From a virus (taxonomy: Duplodnaviria; Caudoviricetes), in the IMG/VR virus record IMGVR_UViG_3300037501_000105, positions 1 to 28,754 of that record: a stretch of 28,754 nt of DNA. One strand, 5' to 3'. The translations under genes and the position numbers were made by a program. The notes under the pieces were generated by a model. The model did no database searches and was not told where the DNA came from. It worked only from the letters and a program-made list of their open reading frames with translations. Positions 25,701 through 28,754 of the stretch are shown one piece after another (position 1 is the stretch's first letter; every line of letters begins with the position of its first letter).

Positions 25701-26134
25701 GCCTCTTCGACAACCTGCCCGGCCTCGAAGAGCAAGCCCGGGAGGCGGTCCGTCGGATGGAGGCGGCGATCAAGGACGAGGCGGGCATCCGGTCGCCCTC
25801 CACGCTGTTCGCCGGGCTCGGCGACGAACTCTCGGCCGGTCTCGCTCTCGGCCTCGACCGCTCCGCGCAGGACGTCGTCTCGGCCGCTGAGTCGGTCGTC
25901 GCCGGAGCGGCGCGCGCCGTCGCAGCCGAGCAGCTCCAGGCAGACCTCACGGCCGGATCGCCCACGGCGGCCGCCGCAGCGGCCGGTGGGACGCTCGTCC
26001 AGTTCGGCAATCTCTCGTTCTCCGTGAGCGTCGGCGCCGGGGCGACGCCGCAGGAAGCCGACGCTGCTGCCCGGGCCCTAGCCTCGGCGTTCGTCGACGA
26101 GGCGACCGTGAAGCTGGAGGCCCGGATCTCATGA
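22736..26134 (+). CDS. Tape measure protein (1132 aa)
   Basis: Longest gene. Ala/Leu/Gln-rich helical sequence, central LxPL amphipathic repeats, C-terminal IRSPSTLFxxLG. Confidence 0.93.
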   Translation: MPIGDEVSLDIGAALDAVESLGSALTDAVSSFRTELDEALAGLATVTIEGDASSVSESIVEAVESADTIVPIEADVEAFGGSIDEALAGIASTIPVEADTSQLSAEIEAVTGEPQVVPVVADTSGLSTTTTDAQQASQSLDDVGNSAIAAAGGLATFSGSGGLGAASGALSKVPGVALPAGAAIGVVTAAGDKFFNSAVNANAATERFNQTFGELSSEVNNVNVGTLDQSLADLNLSLGSSTSQVRNVLSTFGQLGQSSGRSAEDIALASEQLTALSARAVALNPNLGSVGDVADRLSTALARGGRFAGNFGITLTSAEIETRALADTGKRTAAELTQFDKAAAGAAIAAERYGDSLQTDIAKGAESPIIQLRSMQAEFAKFTTALGQPLIAPVLGILDSLLPIAESAANVLGALAAAFAPILDAALSALQPLIGGVLNTFADIVSSLTPLFENVSVQITSILGPALEGLGPLFESIVGLFGALVGAVQPLLRLIQPLAELFGNVLGFFAEGAALALGAVVDVISLLVTKTGEVVSDLIQPLIDLGAQLGLIDEASSSAAEAQREYAKNVEATIGSVDELAGSLADARAGFEEYVLTQSKFAGDPALLNQLRRTGISFDELATQSGNLDAGLKALTAQAIKAGQVQINVGGVEQSAEDIKNLDGSLTALLNTEGTQVVTGDSLLRGFIDLTTQTEAQAQANYDLIAAQQGLTDEQLAAIGVQAQQQFGVDSYTNRLQVLAQQQAVTTEQQAASNATLGSNAAAWTALTQAVASGAVTEQQAAQAALALGVDVQTATGFIQASQQAIDAFVANAVSKIPTVSTVFDDLNEATSPTDPQSLANNLNAATLSALTFQANIDTIRQKFPEVAALLQEKGPEAAGAFAQTFLASGEVVQTELEKAIVANKGAISAIETDLRSSISGSSAAASQLGNEVSTQLGLGMDFSGVTEEQVAEMTGKLGEAGVIDPAKATAGSTGESIGAALAFGMGTGLFDNLPGLEEQAREAVRRMEAAIKDEAGIRSPSTLFAGLGDELSAGLALGLDRSAQDVVSAAESVVAGAARAVAAEQLQADLTAGSPTAAAAAAGGTLVQFGNLSFSVSVGAGATPQEADAAARALASAFVDEATVKLEARIS

Positions 26135-28575
26135 CGTTCAACCCGAACAGCCCGGAGACGCTCGGCCCGGAGTGGTATCCCTCGATCCGCGCCGCCGTCG
26201 GGCTCAAGAGCGCCGGGATCGCCGGAGCGTTCCTCCTCGACGCTCAGGCGACGGAGGACATCGAAGAGATCCAGGTCTACCTCTCCGCCGTCGCGAACCT
26301 CGACGACGATCGAGGCTCCGGCTGGGAGTGCGAGGTCTACCAGGCAGCGGACCTCGGCGTGCTCGGAAGGACGACGACCGCTCACATCCCGGACTCGACG
26401 ACGTTCAACCGGGACGCGTTCGCCTGGGGAGCGTTCGCTCCGTCCGGGACGAGCCCGGGCTCGCTCTCGATCCATCAGGGCATCGACTCGTACCCGGCCG
26501 CGCTCTACGCCGGGAAGGGCACCTGGCCGAACTCGGGACAGCCCGTCGACAATGACGAGTTCCTGTTCCCGATCTACGGGCTCGGCTGCGAGGCGGCGTT
26601 CGGGTTCGCCGGTATCCAGGGCACGCTCACCGGGAAGAGGATCACTCGCGTCACGCTCGCCGCCTACGTGCAGGAGTACGTCGCCGAGGGCGTCCAGAAC
26701 GCAGGCTGCCAGGTGACGCCGTTCCTCGTCGTCGACGGTCAGCGAGCGAACGGCGAGACGGACACGAAGAGCGGCGAGCGCGCCGGAGGCCACTACCTCG
26801 AAGCGACGTGGTGGGCGAACCCGGTGACCAAGGGCTCCTGGACGGTCGCCGACGTCGAGCAGTTCGACACGGCGGTCGGTGGATCGTCGGCCGGGTGGAC
26901 GCTCGCGCCGACCGGATCGGCGAACGATCTCCCGGCCGTGCTCCAGGGCTGGCTGATCATCGAGACGACGGATGAGCTCGCCGACCCGCGTGAGGCGGTC
27001 GGAATCCTCACGGACGCGACGGCGTCTCTCGGCTGGAACTCGGTTCCGCTGGCGCTCCCTGACGGCTCGGGTCCCTGGGCGAAGGTAAACGGGACGGAGT
27101 ACCTCGTCGTGATCCGCCGCCGCTACGGCAAGGGCACCGTATCGTGGCGCTACCTCGACTCCGGCGACGTCCCTCCCGTCGATCACCTGACGCCCTGCGA
27201 CGTGCTCATCAGCCCGGACACGGGCTACCCGGCCGGATACTCGTCCGACGGCGAGACGACCCTCCCGGCTTTCCTCCTGATCGACGACCTCGGGAACACG
27301 TCGGACGACTCGCAGCCCTACGCCCACTGCAACGACGACGACGTCCCGGCGCTCGGGATCGACGAGACCTGGACGCTGGTCAACTCGGCCCAGGAGGTCT
27401 GGCAGGAGATCACGACGGTCGGCGCCGACGACTACACCTGGGTAAGGGCTCTCGTCCGCCTCGAAGCGACGGACGCCGACGGCGATCTCACGATCCGCCT
27501 CACGAACGGCGCTGGGGTCCAGACCGGACCGACGCTCACGATCGCGCCGGACGATCTCGTCGAGCCGCGCGACGCCTGGCAGATCGTCGAGGGCCCGTTC
27601 GGAGGGAACATCGGCGCCGCGACTCAGCGGCAGATCCGGTGCGCCTCGACGGCGACTCCCGGCTCCGGCTGGCGAGTACAGGTTCTCTCTCCTCAGCTCG
27701 TCGGGACGCTCGGAGGCCCTCCGGCCGACGTCGGTGATGCGACGTTCGGCGGGACGGTCGACGCCGCCTGGATCGACGGCGCGCGCCAGGAGGATCTCGA
27801 CGCCTGCCTGATCGCTCAGACCCAGCCGGACGCTCCAGCGGACTTCCTCGCCTCGGCGATCGGAGAGACGGACTGCGTCGACGGCGTCTCCCTCTCCTGG
27901 ACGGCGACGGCACTCGGCGCCGACTTCCTCCGCTACGAGGTCGACCGCAACGACGACGGCGTCTGGCGCCGGATCGCGAACATCACGGACGAGAGCGTCG
28001 AGGCGATGGAGGACTGGGAGAGCCTCCGGAACGCCACGGTGCTCTACCGGATTCGGGTCCGTCGCGCCGACCAGGCTCCGTCCGACTGGTCGAGTGAGGA
28101 GTCGGCGATCCCGACGATGTCCTGCTGCGGCTACTTCATCGCGACGAACGTCGACCCGAGCCTCAACACCTGGGCCGACGACGACGTCGAGGGCGTCCGC
28201 GAGTACGACTTCAACGCCGACGAGGAGGTCCGCTACTTCCAGGGCCGCGACTACCCCATCCAGTTCGGCGGGATCGAGAAGCGCGGGCTGTCGTTCGAGA
28301 CGAGCCTCCTCCTCGCCGCCGAGGGCGGCCAGGGAGGGACCGTCCAGGCGGCGACGCCCGGCCTCGCCGTGTTCGACCGCATCCGGGCGTTCAACCCATC
28401 GGAGAGCGGCGCCGGGCTCCCCTACGTCGCGCTGCTCACGCAGGACGGAGACCGGATCTACGCGGCGCTCACGATCAAGAGCGCGACCCGGCGCGAGCCC
28501 GGTGGCGCCTACTCGATCGTGGTCGGCGTTCAGCAGGTCGGCGTGGTCCCGACTCCCGTCGACGTCAGCCCGTAG
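26131..28575 (+). CDS. Minor tail protein (large; FN3-like domain, possible C-terminal Dit-like domain)
   Basis: ATGA-coupled to tape measure. PDAPADF...VSLSWTA...YEVDR...YRIRV...SDWS is FN3-like. Confidence 0.75.
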   Translation: MTFNPNSPETLGPEWYPSIRAAVGLKSAGIAGAFLLDAQATEDIEEIQVYLSAVANLDDDRGSGWECEVYQAADLGVLGRTTTAHIPDSTTFNRDAFAWGAFAPSGTSPGSLSIHQGIDSYPAALYAGKGTWPNSGQPVDNDEFLFPIYGLGCEAAFGFAGIQGTLTGKRITRVTLAAYVQEYVAEGVQNAGCQVTPFLVVDGQRANGETDTKSGERAGGHYLEATWWANPVTKGSWTVADVEQFDTAVGGSSAGWTLAPTGSANDLPAVLQGWLIIETTDELADPREAVGILTDATASLGWNSVPLALPDGSGPWAKVNGTEYLVVIRRRYGKGTVSWRYLDSGDVPPVDHLTPCDVLISPDTGYPAGYSSDGETTLPAFLLIDDLGNTSDDSQPYAHCNDDDVPALGIDETWTLVNSAQEVWQEITTVGADDYTWVRALVRLEATDADGDLTIRLTNGAGVQTGPTLTIAPDDLVEPRDAWQIVEGPFGGNIGAATQRQIRCASTATPGSGWRVQVLSPQLVGTLGGPPADVGDATFGGTVDAAWIDGARQEDLDACLIAQTQPDAPADFLASAIGETDCVDGVSLSWTATALGADFLRYEVDRNDDGVWRRIANITDESVEAMEDWESLRNATVLYRIRVRRADQAPSDWSSEESAIPTMSCCGYFIATNVDPSLNTWADDDVEGVREYDFNADEEVRYFQGRDYPIQFGGIEKRGLSFETSLLLAAEGGQGGTVQAATPGLAVFDRIRAFNPSESGAGLPYVALLTQDGDRIYAALTIKSATRREPGGAYSIVVGVQQVGVVPTPVDVSP

Positions 28576-28587
28576 CCTGGTCTCTCG

Positions 28588-28754
28588 ATGGGCGCCGATC
28601 TCGTCTACCCGCAGGGAATCCCGTCGTGGCCGGGCCTCGACAATGCGAACTACCGCTGGATGCTCCTCCTCTCGACCTACACGCCCGACCCGGGCGTCCA
28701 GCAGTTCGTCGCGGACGTCTCCGCCGACGAGGCGACCGACGCCAGCTACGCCCG
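28588..28754 (+). CDS. Minor tail protein, 3'-truncated by window edge
   Basis: MGADLVYPQG...MLLLSTYTPDPGVQQFVADVSADEATDASYA resembles small phage tail proteins with a YTPD...E...Y motif. Confidence 0.6.
   Translation, partial: MGADLVYPQGIPSWPGLDNANYRWMLLLSTYTPDPGVQQFVADVSADEATDASYA

Larger units (their letters stand above)
1..28754 (+). mobile_element. Tailed phage/prophage packaging and morphogenesis region (siphovirus, probably actinobacterial host)
   Basis: Canonical order terminase-portal-protease-capsid-tail-tape measure-minor tail. All genes on one strand, many with ATGA/GTGA overlaps. High GC. No integrase or att site in the window, so free phage versus prophage cannot be decided. 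Confidence 0.96.

Noticed and set aside
1-28754. tRNA, rRNA, integrase/att, lysis genes, inteins or introns, alternative genetic code
   Set aside because: None recognisable by eye. Core genes read through intact at expected lengths with standard stops.

Overview
The window is the DNA-packaging and virion-assembly arm of a high-GC (about 70%) tailed phage or prophage, most likely an actinobacterial siphovirus. All credible genes are on the + strand. Gene order: partial TET-associated-type (TAGT/GREB1-like) glycosyltransferase; small and large terminase; a methyltransferase plus two GT-B glycosyltransferases; a DUF1360-like gene; portal fused to a MuF-like domain; an island of small genes with repeated promoter/operator modules; capsid maturation protease; separate hexamer and pentamer major capsid proteins (mycobacteriophage cluster B/Rosebush-like); major tail protein; a beta-helix spike-like protein and partner; head-tail adaptor; neck and terminator proteins; tail assembly chaperone with a probable -1 frameshift; tape measure; and minor tail proteins. 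The strongest leads are (1) a candidate virion-glycosylation system, with GT4, TagF-like and methyltransferase genes plus Ser-Ser C-termini on hexamer, pentamer and tail tube; (2) a recurring [LIV]-[VTI]-A-[AS]-[AG] motif at domain borders of portal, protease and capsid, a predicted maturation cleavage site; (3) a palindromic TAGCCnnGGCTA operator overlapping several -10 boxes; (4) a structured leader of about 157 nt before the capsid gene; and (5) a cluster of same-direction -1 frame breaks confined to accessory genes. All family calls come from motif recognition by eye. No database searches were run.
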